Notes: generated from the sequence alone by a model not told the origin. 64,000 nt of DNA from Eledone cirrhosa (GCA_964016885.1 OZ024755.1:11904001-11968000); one strand, 5' to 3'; counted from the first letter of the stretch, positions 1-14,692 are shown. A program made the numbers and translations.

Positions 1-369
1 AACTTTGCTTGGAAAATAAATAATACACACGTGTAACGAAAGTTAAAAAAATAAAAACAAACATACATGTGTGGAAAGTCAGAAAATCACAACAAAAATA
101 GATGTATGTAAAAAAATGTAGTAATATATTGATATTACAACATTGTTCCAAACATTTATTATGATGCTTTGCTAAATAAAAGATGTAACGATTTTCTCTC
201 TTTGTTGCTCAGTGAAACAGCGGAGAAGCAAGCCTAGCTCCAAACTTTTTTTTCCGACTGAAGAAATTCCTGTCTAGTTCAGTTTAGAAATCCACTTCAG
301 AAAGGCTACAACGGAACACAATACCATTCATCTTTCATCTCTTAATCTGAAATCTACTGTCAATGTAAG

Positions 370-670
370 AGAGCGCATGGCTTAGTGGTTAGAGGTGTCC
401 AGCACAGTATCGTAAAGTCGTGACCTTGATTCTTTGAAAGGGTGTCACGCTGTGTCCTTGAGCATGACACTTTGTTTCACGTTGCTCTAGTCCATTCAGT
501 TGGCAAGAATAAGTTGTACCTGTAACTGAAGGGACCAGCCTTGTCACACATTGTCTCTCTGAGAACTACGTTAAAGGTACACGTATCTGTAAACTGCTCA
601 GCCAAATGCCCCTTAATTTGACGAGTAGGTTGTTCCAGCTGGAGCACTCGTCGTTGAAATCACCGAAAAT
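370..670 (+). mobile_element. Older tRNA/CORE-like SINE
   Basis: tggcttagtggttag A-box and gtgtccttgagcatgacactt core-like segment. Relatives at about 4520-4960 (-), 31430, 43890 and 59880. Confidence 0.6.
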
Positions 671-800
671 TCGACAACGACAACCGGCAGGGAAGCAATA
701 TTGTAATTATTGATCAGATGTAAATTTACTGCAAATATTGATGATGATGATGATGATGATTAAGCCTCCGTCGGAATATAGTGTGTGTGTGTGTGTAGTT

Positions 801-881
<81 letters not shown>

Positions 882-1673
882 TTATAATGTGTGTGTGTGT
901 AGAGAGAGAGACAGGACTGAAATATGTTGTAGACGAAGAGACCGAGTGAGAGAACAAGAATATAGTGTGTAGATATAGGACTGGAATATAGGAGATAGAG
1001 ATAGAGAGGGGGAGGGAGGGAGAGGGAGAGAGAGAGAGAGAGAGAGGTAGAGGGAGAGAGAAAGTGAGCAGGAATATAGTGTATAGAGAACGGTCTGGAG
1101 TATATAATGAAAATGGAAAAGGGACGGAAGTAGGCAAACTCTACACACTTGCCTTGACGATTTACCGCAACTGCGCCCCACGGTCAAGATGCCGAAATTC
1201 ATTGCGGCTGAGAACAGCCAGCTACAACCGTTTCCTCAGCCATTCCATTTCATGGCGGTTTCTCTTTCCACAGATAGGATGCACTCCTCAGGATTAAGTG
1301 GATGGAGGAAAACATCAGATAAGACACCGAGAAGGATGCAGTTGTTTAAATTCAGATATTTCGTAGGAAATGTCATCCGTAAATCACACTAAATTACTGG
1401 TAAAACAGTTCGATATATTCGTCATTGCTTTACTCTAATATCTTTCGTCTCGTTTCAGTCATTACACTGCAGCAATCAGTTGTTGAAGTGGATCATACTG
1501 CCCACAGTACTTCACAAGCCAAATACATTTTCTATGGATCTCTTTGTATCGAACTACTTAATGTGTTGTGTGTGTTTATACACGTATGTACGCATCTGTA
1601 CAGATGAGACACCGATGAACCCCCAATATATATATATATATATACATACATACATATATAGACATACACACAC

Positions 1674-1733
<60 letters not shown>

Positions 1734-1949
1734 CATACATACATACATACATACATACATACATACATACATACATACATACATACATACATACATACAT
1801 ACGCACGCATACATCTGCGTTGTGCGTATGTGCATGTTTATGTGTCATATATATTTGCTAATGCTAGGTTTTGCCGAATGCCTTCATGATATATTCCAAA
1901 AATAATCCATAATATACGAAAGCTGACATATAATTGCAGGTAATAAAGG

Positions 1950-2580
1950 TATTACAGGTAATATGTTACATAATTGTGTGTAGACTCTACCTTATGCAGG
2001 TGTTTGTGATGTTTTGGATAATATAAATGTTGTGTTTGCTGTGTTTACATGGAAATGTTATAAAGAATAATCAAATAAAAACATTTATGAATTCTCTGTG
2101 CAAATAAATGCGTTTTTAATTGTGACTTAGGATAGTTTTGTGAGCAATACATTCTCGGCAAGTGAGTCCCTGTCGTCAAAACTGGCGGTAATTCACATGT
2201 ATATTAAAAGTTATTCATATCCACGACTTATGTGGAGGAATAGGAGAAAAGTCTACAGATTTTAAAACACCAACAATGGATGGAGGTGGAAGAAAAAGGA
2301 GCTTTCTTAGAGGATTAACTACCTATTGGAATCCCACTAAATATTTGTCGTAAGGAAATTCAAAGTTTAAAATTTAATTAAAGCAATTTTTTTTACATTA
2401 TACTCTCTAACACACTTTCCACCCAGCTCTCAATTTTCCCCTCAAATTTTCTCTCTTGTGAATAGTATTTGTGATGTCAAGCTGTACATTTTCTGAATAC
2501 TGATATTCATTTTATCGGGGACTTTCACTTTTTTTTGTCAATCAGCTAAGTTACGGGTGCCTGTAATGAGGCTTTAGCAT
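1950..2580. repeat. ~630-bp segment duplicated at 7568-8198
   Basis: Near-identical direct copies from tattaca(g/a)gtaatatgttac to gaggctttagcat. Confidence 0.9.
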
Positions 2581-2640
2581 CTCCTTCTCTTGCACTCTCG
2601 CGTCGAATGGGCATTATTATTATTATTATTATTGTTATTA

Positions 2641-3150
2641 CTCTTTGAGACTCAGTCATTGATGTTAGTTAACTGGAAAGTTTGTTGAAATGAATATCAA
2701 GCCACTACCTGCAGCCTCAGATATTCAGGACGTATCGGAGGGTTCTTGCTGTTCCCAGCAAGCATGCCTTTTGAAGCGTTCCAAAAAGCGTGAAGGGGCC
2801 AATTTTCTTTAACCATCCCTGGAAACTTTTTGAGATAGTCCCTAGTGCGCCTATGACAATCGGGATCACTTTGACTTCATGGCAGTTCCAAATCCTTTTT
2901 ACCTCCCACTTTAAGTCCTGGTATCGGTTAATTTTCTCCCTCTCCTTCTCTTGCACTCTCGTGTCGAACGGGCAGGCCACATCCACAATCAGGCACAATC
3001 TATTTTCCTTGTCCACAACCACCAGGTCAGGTCTATTGTGTTCCAGTTTCTTGTCCGTCTGTGTCCTAAAATCCCACAGCACCTTCACCTGATCGTTTTC
3101 TATCACCGCCTCTGGCTTATGCTCATACCACTTCTCAGAATGTGGTAAAT
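2641..3150 (-). mobile_element. 5'-truncated Dong/R4-clade non-LTR retrotransposon (restriction-like endonuclease C-terminus)
   Basis: ORF 2717-3106 reads KVLWDF...NRPDLVVVDK...IVDVACP...EKEREKINRY...VIPIVIGALG...LQKACLLGTAR. Flanked by (ATT)n, consistent with the (TAA)n targeting known for Dong. Confidence 0.9.
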
Positions 3151-3156
3151 TGTTTG

Positions 3157-3218
<62 letters not shown>

Positions 3219-6200
3219 TGATTCTTGTTAAATAATCTTCAGCACGTAGTTATCACTATCACTATAATCACCATTATCTTAACACCATTGTCATTTTCAT
3301 TTCCTCACATCATTAACATCATCATCGTCATTGTTATTAATTTGTCCATAGCCATTGGCATTGTTGTCGTCATTAGAACCATCATCATTATCACCAGCAT
3401 CACCAGCATCGTCGTCATCTCTACAGTTATATTTCCATCGTACAATCATCCTTATCTTTATCACAGTAATTATTAATACGACTGCGTGAATGGGTGTTTC
3501 AGTCGATCTATGTTCATTGGATCATGTATCTTTCATTATCAATAGAGATATAAAAGAGGGAGAGAAAGAGATATATGTATATAGAGGGAGAGCGAGAAGG
3601 AAAGAGGGAAATACTAAGACATATGGAAACGGAGAAAGAAGACTGGGGGTGGGAGGTAAAGTGGGAGTGAGGAAAGAAAAAAGTCGAAAAGAGCAAGAGA
3701 GAGGGGGGAGGGAGAGGAAAAACAATTTTAAGAGAGGGGGAGGGAGTGAGGAAGGGTAAGATAAAGTGGAATAGAAGAAGAGAGAGGGAAATAAGAGAAA
3801 ACAAGATGCAGTGAGGGGAGCAGAGAGGGAAACAGAGGAGAGTTGTGGAGAAAGAGGAAAGGAGCTTCAGACAGAGCGACAAATATACAGAAAGACAGAC
3901 AAATAGAGATACAATTATAGATACTGTACTTTAGTAACAGCTGTATTAATAATCAAGGGAGATAATCAATTAATCAAGGGAGATAATCAACGCCATCATG
4001 TATCCTACCGACATCATCATTACTATTGTAATAATCATTTAAGAGAATAAACATTGTCTGACCTCGTTGTTATCGTCATATTTACAGGAACATAACCCTT
4101 ATCGCAATCATCATCACCATCACTAGCACAAACACTACCATCATTATCATCATCATTATCATCATCATCATCACCACCATCATCAGCGCTCCCAACACTA
4201 CCATCATCGCCACCAATATCATCACCACCGTCATCAGCGTTCGCCACACCGTCATCACCACCACCACCACCATTTTTATGCGATTCCAACTTTATCATCG
4301 TCACCATCATTATCGTCACTAATATCAGCATTACTAATACCACCATTATCATCATTATCGTCATCGCTGGCATCATCATCATCATCAACAATACCTTTAT
4401 CATCACTATAAACATCATCATCATCATACACATCAATTTAATCTAACTTTTCTGCGAGAAAATCCTTTTGTCAATATATTTAACGTGCGTGTGTGTGTGT
4501 GTGTGCATGTGTCTGTTTGTGAGTGTTTTGGGCCTCCGTCAGTTCCGACGATAGGTGTTCTAATCGTTCAAACATAAGAACAGCCTGCTTACGAACTTAA
4601 CGAGCAAGTGGTTGAGCATTCTACAGACAAGTGTACCCTAAACGAATTCTCGGTTAGATGAATCAGCATTTCACGGTGCGTGACAAAGCAGGCCCTTTGA
4701 ATGAGAGATACAAATCCCTTTTTATTCCAGCTGAGTGGACTAAACCAACATGAAATAAAGCGTCTTGCTCAATGTCACAGAATAAATACGCATATACAGA
4801 CTCTCTCACATACATACCTGTTTTTTCCAGTTCAGTGAACTGGAGCAACGTGAATAAAGTGACTTGCTCAATGACATAAAATAACCACAAGCACACACAC
4901 AACCCATTTTATCTAAGTTGAATGGACTGGAGCAACGTGAAATAAAGTGACTTGCGTATAAAGTCACTAAAAATAAACACACATATTCATCGTGTAGTTA
5001 GAGCATAATTCAGTATATTCTGTAAAGAAATGTTGTTTCCTAGATGGAATATTCTTGTATTGGTTGTACACTTTCTTAGAATCAAACACTACAGAAGTCA
5101 ACATTTTTTTCGAAAGGGGTAATATCTTGAGTAAAATTAATATACAATGATTGAATATAAAGACTTTAACCGAAAACCCCTACTGCTTAAGAATCATATC
5201 ATGCATATATGGATTATATGGATAATTCATTAAGGGCTTTCCGACTCTCATTGGATTCATGCTGAATTGTACAACTTGATATATCTGAACATTAGGTGGA
5301 TTTCGGAAGGGAATTTAGGTAAATTATATTGGTTCCTAACTGAAGGGTTGATAACATTGCGTGAGCTATTAAATTACAAGGTTTATAGAGATCCCTCCTT
5401 GAAATAAACCAGCAACCTATGGAACAACAGAGGCAGAGAATAAACTTTAGAATCTCACATGATCTCAATTTAATGTGGAAGATATAAAATAACTCTGGTT
5501 AAGATACCCTAGCTTAAAGACGACAATATCACATCATTAGTAGCAGCAAAAAGAAAGTATCTATCTTTATATCCTTAGACACACAGAGGTATCACAAGTA
5601 TAAGTAAATGCTAAATGTAAATAAATCAAAAACTAAGGCACATCAGCTTTATAATACAAGGAGCTGAATTACAATCTCAAAGGATTTTAATATAAAACAT
5701 ATTACAGTGTTTTAAGGTAATCCTTTAAAGATTTTGATGATACCAAACAGCCTGAAACTACCGCTGGCTCTACGACACAAAACTTTTCAATCTAACGGGT
5801 ATATATTTATCTAAAAACCTTCCATCAGGATTTTATGTTAGAACATATGTTCCAGATACCAACTTAATAATGAGAAAGCTAGTTATATAATTAAATCCTT
5901 TCAAGTTTTTGATTATTTTTAATATTATTTGAACCCTAGAAATTGTCTTTCATTAGAAATATGATAACGAAAGGCTTAATGCATATATTTATCTAAATAC
6001 CTTCGATCATAATTTTATGCAAGAACATCTGTTAAGCTCTGCTTCAAGCCACAGTTGAATAATGAGAGACTTAGTTTTGAAAATAGTCAAGGAATTTGAG
6101 CATTTAAACCCACTGGTGTCCGTCCCCCTCCAGTCGATTTCTTCTTCTTTTTGAGAGAGAGAGAAATCACTTCAGAACAGGGCTGGTTTCGACCTCGAAA

Positions 6201-6794
6201 GAATTAAAGGCGAATTTGACTTCGGTGGGATTTGAACGCAGTGCAGAGAGCAGGAACGGAATTCTATCCAACGTTCTAACTACTCTATCAATTCACCACT
6301 TATTCCTAGATACAACATTGTTATATTTATCACTATCGAATTAAACATCAAAGAAATGACTCTTCTTAATCAATAAATTCTATTCATTTGTCGCTCTATT
6401 CTTCTTCGGCTTCATCAAAAAACAGTCTGTTTTACTCCGTTCCTCAGAATATAAAGACGTCGTCTAAGAGGAATAATGATTCTTACACCTTATATGTCTG
6501 TATCTCGCTAAGTGACATATCTGATAAGACATAGGATTTGTCATTCCGATACCAACACGTTTGTGGAACTCTCCTATCTCATATATTCCTTAGATAAACT
6601 CTTTAGATACAAAACCGTCTGAAAACACCTATGCTTTTAAAAAATTGTTTGTTTAAAGTGCACATATCTAAAGTTAAACCTTCCATTATAACTGCATGTA
6701 AGAAGCTTTTGCTGTCAAACACCAACGTAACGAAAAAAAAAAAATAGTTATCTTACCAAATCTATCCCTATTCTTTATTATTTTTTTAGAATAA

Positions 6795-6980
6795 GGCGGT
6801 GGATTGGCCATATCGGTAGAGAGTCGGACACCATGCTTTGAAGCATAGAGTTACGTCCCTTTATGATCTGAGTTCAAATCCCGCCGAGGTTAACTTTGCC
6901 TTTCATCCTTACGGTGTAAAATAAAGTACCAGTAATACACTGGGTATTTGCTGGCCTTGTGCCAAAAAGTAGAAACAATT
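6795..6980 (+). mobile_element. tRNA-type SINE (young family) with TSD
   Basis: A-box-like tggccatatcgg, B-box gagttcaaatcc, body ttgcctttcatccttacgg. TSD ttatttttttagaata. Confidence 0.85.
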
Positions 6981-7337
6981 ATTTTTTTAGAATATAATTC
7001 TCTACTAATTGAAACGCATCGGCATTGAATTTCATTAGAAATGGCAATGAAAGGAAGGGGTAGTATACAATAACAACTAATAACATAAACGAGCCTAAAC
7101 ATAATCGTTTGAGCTGCTAGAAATATCAGCCAAGTATCCTTCAAATTTCACCACAACGTCATGGAAAGGTTTACTTAAGTTTGATCATATAGACCTAGAT
7201 ATACATGTCGAGGTTATAGTAGAATACACTGCTACATATACGTTGCGTGTATTTTGTGTTGGTGTGCATATCTGATTATGCATATATTTTTCCAGTTACA
7301 TCCCTCCCGTCCCCTGAATCTATTTTATTTCTCATTC

Positions 7338-7376
7338 TTTCTTCTGATGAAGGACTAGCGTCCGAAACGTTACGAC
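7338..7376 (+). ncRNA. Minimal hammerhead ribozyme, weak stem I
   Basis: CTGATGA-a-GGAC tagc GTCC-GAAACGTT. Palindromic minimal stem III (AACGTT). Stem I tctt/acga is imperfect. Confidence 0.55.
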
Positions 7377-7456
7377 CCTCTTCCTGCTATATCAAGCGTT
7401 AACCTGATATATACCTTCCATATACTGTACCGATTGTGTTGTTATTTCTGTTTACC

Positions 7457-7570
<114 letters not shown>

Positions 7571-9612
7571 CAAGTAATATGTTACATAATTGTGTGTAGA
7601 CTCTACCTTATGCAGGTGTTTGTGATGTTTTGGATAATATAAATGTTGTGTTTGCTGTGTTTACATGGAAATGTTATAAAGAATAATCAAATAAAAACAT
7701 TTATGAATTCTCTGTGCATATAAATGCGTTTTTAATTGTGACTTAGGATAGTTTTGTGAGCAATACATTCTCGGCAAGTGTGTCCCTGCCGTCAAAACTG
7801 GCGGTAATTCACATGTATATTAAAGGTTATTCATATCCACGACTTATGTGGAGGAATAGGAGAAAAGTTTACAGAGTTAAAACACCAACAATGGATGGAT
7901 GGAGGTGGAAGAAAAAGGAGCTTTCTTAGAGGATTAACTACCTATTGGAATCCCACTAAATATTTGTCATAAGGAAATTCAAAGTTTAAAATTTAATTAA
8001 AGCAATTTTTTTTACATTATACTCTCTAACACACTTTCCACCCAGCTCTCAATTTGCCCCTCAAATTTTCTCTCTTGTGAATAGTATTTGTGATGTCAAG
8101 CTGTACATTTTCTGAATACTGATATTCATTTTATCGGGGACTTTCACTTTTTTTTGTCAATCAGCTAAGATACGGGTGCCTGCAATGAGGCTTTAGCATT
8201 ATAGTAACAGTCAATAGTGTTGAAACACATGTTGCATACACCTCAGAAACAAAATGCATCAGTAATTATTTTAATGTACAGTTGACCACCACTTGTATAG
8301 TTCTAAATCTAATTCTGTGCAGTAAGATTACATTTTGTGTGAAATACTATGTTTACGTAGTAAATGATAGTTAAAAGACTACCTATTACAAATGCTTCTC
8401 AAACTCAGAGAATAGCAAACATAAGGTCATAGAACTTGTCTCAAAGATTTGGGCAATTCTAAAAAATTTTTTAAATCTGAAATGCACACTTAAAATTTTC
8501 TACAGAAATAATATGCTGCTACAAAAGGAACTTCAAACATCACTGGTGACAACTCGCTATATTATACTAAAAGAAGAGAAATAAATAAAGAAATATATAG
8601 AAATATATTTTTGTAAATAAGACAATAGAAACGTGTGGAAATGGAAGCACCAATTGAAACATAAGTTTTAAATCTCCGAAGCCGTTTATGGAAGTATTGA
8701 AGAAGACAAGAAAACACACTTCGATCTTCCGACGTGGAAGAGGCTTCTATCAGAAGAAACCGTCACCGAATCATCATTTTTCTTACCTGTTGTACAAACC
8801 TGGCTGGACACAGAACACTGCACAAACATTCTAAAAGTTCTATAGAGTTATGAAATAATACATATGAATAAGCCATAGATGACGAACATCATTAGGTAAT
8901 GTCAGTTTCATGAGGAGATAAAACGCCTCCATCCTTTTGAAGAAAAAAAAAAAATGAGTATAAATCCTGGAAAACTGTAAGTCCGGTATTGAAGAAAAAA
9001 AAAAAAAATCACAAGGGATTGACACTCCACATTCACTATTCTCCTTTTACTTTGCTCCACTTTTCAAATTAAATGACACGACGGTTCAGTTATATTCAAA
9101 TATTGTAAGCGCGTCCATTGAGAATATTAAATACCATTCTTTCATCTAATACAACACAATAAAGACTAAAGTGTTTAAAAGAAAAAAAAAAATTGATGTT
9201 GAAGTAAAAAAAAAAAAAAATGATATCCCCTACATATGATAGTGCTCAGCCGTTTGTTATTTCATAGGAACTCTGCGTACAAAATAAAATCAAAACTATA
9301 TTTTAAAATCAAAACTATATTTTTAGTTAGTTACCTACCTACTTTACAAATTATTCCCTGTGGTTGTTTCATATGTTTATTTTATATATATATATATAAT
9401 TATATATATATATTGGCAACATGACCCTCCCAAAGTATAACAATATCGGTTTCAACACACGTTTTCAAATAAAGAATGCTAAACAAATTCAGAAACGAAA
9501 TATATATATATATATATATATATATACGTAGGTCCCGGGTTGAGTCGGGGATAACCACAGTAAGTAAGGTACTCAATACATGGCAGAGTAAATTTTTTTA
9601 TTTTATAGAAGG

Positions 9613-9663
9613 AGCTTCTACAGGACTAGTACTGTTTCATTCAGATGAAATCTTCAGGAAGCT
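9613..9663 (-). ncRNA. Type I hammerhead ribozyme (family C)
   Basis: Minus strand reads AGCTTC-CTGAAGA-tTTCatctGAAt-GAA-ACAG tactagtc CTGT-A^GAAGCT. 6-bp stem I, 4-bp stem III, loop containing palindrome ACTAGT, GUA site. Confidence 0.85.
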
Positions 9664-9878
9664 GGGTGTCATATTAAGTTCTGGTATTTATACATTTAGG
9701 TAGAGGCAAGGGAGGGTGGTGGATGGGGGGGGGGGGGGTATTTAGATACACAGGACCACTACATGGCACAGGCCGTTTTTTCTATGGGGAGTGGTCAATT
9801 AGCCAGAGTGCTTTTTTGAAATAAATAAATAAGTAAATAAATAAATAAATGAATATATAAATAGATAAATGAATAAAT

Positions 9879-9909
<31 letters not shown>

Positions 9910-9990
9910 TAAATAAATAAAGACCCCAAGAAAGGTAATTCAACAGATAGTATCTGTTGAATTACCTTTCTTGGGGTCTTTATTTATTTA

Positions 9991-10021
<31 letters not shown>

Positions 10022-10246
10022 ATTTATTCATTTATCTATTTATATATTCATTTATTTATTTATTTACTTATTTATTTATTTCAAAAAAGCACTCTGGCTA
10101 ATTGACCACTCCCCATAGAAAAAACGGCCTGTGCCATGTAGTGGTCCTGTGTATCTAAATACCCCCCCCCCCCCCCCCCCCCCCCATCCACCACCCTCCC
10201 TTGCCACTACCTAAATGTATAAATACCAGAACTTAATATGACACCC

Positions 10247-10297
10247 AGCTTCCTGAAGATTTCATCTGAATGAAACAGTACTAGTCCTATAGAAGCT
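10247..10297 (+). ncRNA. Type I hammerhead ribozyme (family C, inverted copy)
   Basis: Same fold as 9613-9663 but CTGTA is CTATA, giving an AUA site and one stem III mismatch. Confidence 0.75.
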
Positions 10298-11368
10298 CCT
10301 TCTATAAAATAAAAAATATATATATATATATATAATTGGATATCAGTAAAGTCGAATCTCTGGCGGTTTGCAAGTAAATTCGGCCTACTTATATGAAGTG
10401 ATGAGTTAGCAAAGCACTCGATAAGGTAGGGCCTTAGAGTAATAACATACGTTTAAATAGCTTGACAAATCGAACATTGTGGTAGGCTAAACTAACACAC
10501 AATATGTACCAAAGCAACGATAGAACTAATCAGGTTGAGAATATATATATATATGTCAATCAACTTCTAGTTGATATATATATATATATAATCATATCGT
10601 TAACACACGCATATGCTGGAGTGGCTCAAAAGCATGCATTATATACACTCTGCATAAATATCCATATAGACTTATTTACACTCACACATCTTTTTACCCT
10701 TTCAACGTTCGTTCAACCTCAACTAAGAAACAAAGTAACTTCATTTTGGTTAGAAATGAAGCGATAGGGTAAATATAAAATCAACAGATAGTAGCACAAG
10801 AACAACACAACTATATACATATAATACCACAACAACTGGAGAACTATATACAGATACTACAATAACAACAGATGCTACCAGAACAACAACACTACTATAT
10901 ATAGATAATACCACAGAAATAACAGAGCTGTATACAGATAGTTTCACATCAACAAAATTATCTACATATATATAGTACTACAACAAAAAGAGTAGAACTC
11001 TATATAGATAGTAGCACAACAACTACAATAACAGGAAGGAAGGGAGGAAAAGGTGAAAGACTACAGCTGGGTTGTTATGAAATGGTAGATATAACTTGAG
11101 GGCAAACCATGATCAAATCAGACAATCTCGCTAAGGTCGTCTGCTGTGACAGAAATTACTCGCTGGCTTTTTTTTTGCAGAAGATCAAACGTTTCTAAAG
11201 TAGCTTCCATTTTCCTTTCGGCTCAACGGTGTTTGTAAAACCTTATTTATGTTGTTTTTCTCTATGAAGGAGGGTGGGGTGAAAAAATCTACATTTCTTA
11301 AGATGTAACAGTTACACTGTATGTATGCATGTATGTGTGTACGTATGTATGTGTTTATGTCTGCACAC

Positions 11369-11369
<1 letters not shown>

Positions 11370-11459
<90 letters not shown>

Positions 11460-11486
11460 CAGACAGATAAATAGATAGATAGATAT
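11370..11486. repeat. (GATA)n microsatellite
   Basis: Direct tetranucleotide array. Confidence 0.95.
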
Positions 11487-13656
11487 ACGTACTTACACAA
11501 AGCATGTATATATACATATATAAACTTGCTATGATTTTCAGTATTTGTTTTCCCCTTCCTGTCCTATAATACCGTCCTGTTATTGCTAGCAGGTATGTTT
11601 CATCTAAGAGATTTTAAATTATTTCGTAATAAAAAGACAAAAAAAAAACTGTTCCTACATGGAAAGCAAAGTGGAAGTTAAAGGACTTCAGACTTGAAGA
11701 GTATTTCAACTCTTTCCAACGATTTCCAGCCCCTCTCTCATCCTGATATTTATCTACTTTTATTTACTGCCAATTTCAAATTGTAGCGTGGTGTGGTCGA
11801 AGTTGTCTGAGAAAGGATCTATTGATAAATATTTCTTCCCTTGAATAAAACAGGTTTTACCGCAGGATTTACTCATGGGAGGATTTGAACTCAAATCTAT
11901 GAAATTATGTTGATGCGTTCTTTGTAGGCTTCGACAATGATCATGTTTTTGTTCGATCAACAGAACGACGGACTCATGAATTAGCGTGTAAGTGGTTGGG
12001 TATTCTACAAACACGTGCACCCATAACGTAATTTTAGAGCCGAATCAGAATGACATACTGTGCGACAAAGCTGGACCATTAAGATATAAATATAATCCAT
12101 CTGATGGACTTCCAAACAATTTCCGACCTGTTGTTATGGTAAACGACACTTGCCCAAAATGCTATGTAGAGGAAATGAACCCGAGACTTTGTGATTGTTA
12201 AGCAAAATTTTTAACCACACAGACATGCCTATGTGTACTACACATAACATTGCCGTCACATCAATAATGTAAAAAGTTCATATTTTGTCTCAAGCCATGA
12301 GTCTCATCAGGCCGGAGCTTATCCCAGTTTCGTTGTCATTAATTACTGCTCCGAGAATCGAACCCACGACCGCATAAGTTGGAGCCAAACACCCTAACAA
12401 CTAGGCTACAGTTAATACCGGAGGTCTCAACAGTGACTAAGGAAAAACTGTGCAATACTTTACCAGTAAACTATTGAAGTTTTTTATCGAACACTAAAAA
12501 CAATAACACAGTAAAGGACGGGTACTTTTTTTTTTTACAGATGAAAGGAGGCCTGATGCACTCGTCCTAATTTGACGGAGGAAAACGGCAGTCGGGTGAC
12601 CGTGGACAGTGGATATCTAAATATCGACCAATAACAAATTATTTATCAGATTTCTACTGTTCCATTGGAGATATTTATCGAATGTTTATGAGAAGGCACT
12701 GTACAACTAATGTTATTTTTTTTATTTCAGATGAAAGAAGGAAAGCAAAATCCTGTACGCTTTTGCTGGAGGCAGTTGTTATTTTGTTCGAATATTGACC
12801 CGATGTTTGGAAGTTGAAAAGTAAAATCTTAGTAAACAATTTAACCTTAAACTTCAAGAACCTTTTTTAGCATATTTATCAATCTTGCCTTTCTTCTATT
12901 ACTTCTTATATTCTGTTTTCTCGCTTTATTTTACTCCATTTAATTTAATTTTATTATTATATTTTTTGTCCAAGCACAAGATTAACTTTATGAATACAAA
13001 TAAAAACACAAACAGAAAAAAATAAATAATGATACAAAGATACAAAACAGAGAAATGCAAAAATTCTAATACACGATATATTATTTTTTCCATCTTGCAC
13101 TGCATTTTTTATATATATATAATTATTTTTTATCTGAGTATGTTGAAATTTTAAGATTTGTATTTTCTTTCAAGCAAACAAATTAATAAAGAAAGCTAAA
13201 TTCTCTAGAAAGGCAAGACTTCTAATATGTGATGTTTATATTGTTTTTATTTCATTTTGTTTTGGGATTTGTTTAATATCTTTATTTTTATTTTGATATA
13301 TATTGAAATTTGGATATTGTTTTTGTTTTTTTATTTTATTGGTTGACTTTTTGCAATATTTACAGCTAGACAAAGAATTATTTTCCAAACTTATGAATTT
13401 TAAATGATTATGAAGTAAATTACTATAGGCGCCGGAATGGTTGTTTGGTTGAGGCGTTAGCTTCGCAACCATTTGGTTCTGTGTTCAGTCATGTCTCGTG
13501 ACAACTTGCGCGAGTGTTTTCTACTATAGTCACGGGTCGACCATTGTCTTGTGAGTGGAAACTTGGTAGACAGACACTGCAGAAGCCCGTCCTACATTTA
13601 AGATAATCATTATTAATTTGTAATATTGTATTGGGTACTCATTCTCGAGACCGTCT

Positions 13657-13765
<109 letters not shown>

Positions 13766-14003
13766 GGGGATCTATGTTTACGTTTCTGCCCTGTAACATA
13801 GCGGTTCGACAAACAAGAGATAGATAAGGACAGTACCAGACTTGAAAAAAATGAATTCTGGAGTCAATATGATCGATAATTTTAATGAATTAAATTAGTA
13901 AAAGAATAAGAAAGTATTCCAAGAAAGGTGAAATCGTTAAGTATATATACATATATGAATAAATAGATATATGCATATAAATATATGTATATATGTATGT
14001 ATG

Positions 14004-14070
<67 letters not shown>

Positions 14071-14185
14071 ATATATATATATATATATGTATATGTATAT
14101 GTATATAAATATATATGTATGTATATATACATATATATATATATATGTATATAAATGTATATATATATATGTATATATATATATG

Positions 14186-14245
<60 letters not shown>

Positions 14246-14260
14246 AATATATTATATATA

Positions 14261-14299
<39 letters not shown>

Positions 14300-14692
14300 A
14301 TACAGATATATGTATATAAATATATGCATATATATATATATGTGTGTCTGTGTGTGTATATGTATCTATATATGTGTGTGAAAGATTTGGTTACTATTTC
14401 GTTTACAGTTTTTGCAATATTTTCCATAGACAAAGATTTCCCAAATGTATGAATTTTAAATCACTCTCCTCTTTATTGATTTGATATTGATCTTGTGTTG
14501 TTGCTTTTGTATTTATTTATTCTAGTTTAATCTTTTAATCGTTGCAGTCATCTAACTACGGTCACGCTGAGGCACCACAATAAAGGAATTTAGTTGATCG
14601 GATTAACCTCGGTACTTATTTTTGTCTATTTTGTCGAACCGCTATGTTACGGGACATCAACTAATAAATATATATGTATAAAGATATATAAT

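Larger units (their letters stand above)
9527..10316. mobile_element. Fold-back HHR element (PLE-like, family C) in (TA)n
   Basis: About 360-bp near-perfect inverted arms centred at 9950 (caacagata-g-tatctgttg). An HHR lies near each outer end. The extra tail (9527-9592) is on one side only. TA arrays flank both ends. Confidence 0.8.

Noticed and set aside
4035-4436. Met/Asp/Gly-rich ORFs (also 3225-3476 and 24894-25088)
   Set aside because: Degenerate (CAT)n/(CAC)n low-complexity DNA with no splice or domain support.
6795-6900. tRNA gene-like A and B boxes
   Set aside because: SINE heads with TSDs; no cloverleaf.
12525-12830. Two acceptor-like sites, both followed by ATGAAAG
   Set aside because: Frames close quickly and there are no convincing donors. 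Non-coding exons cannot be excluded.
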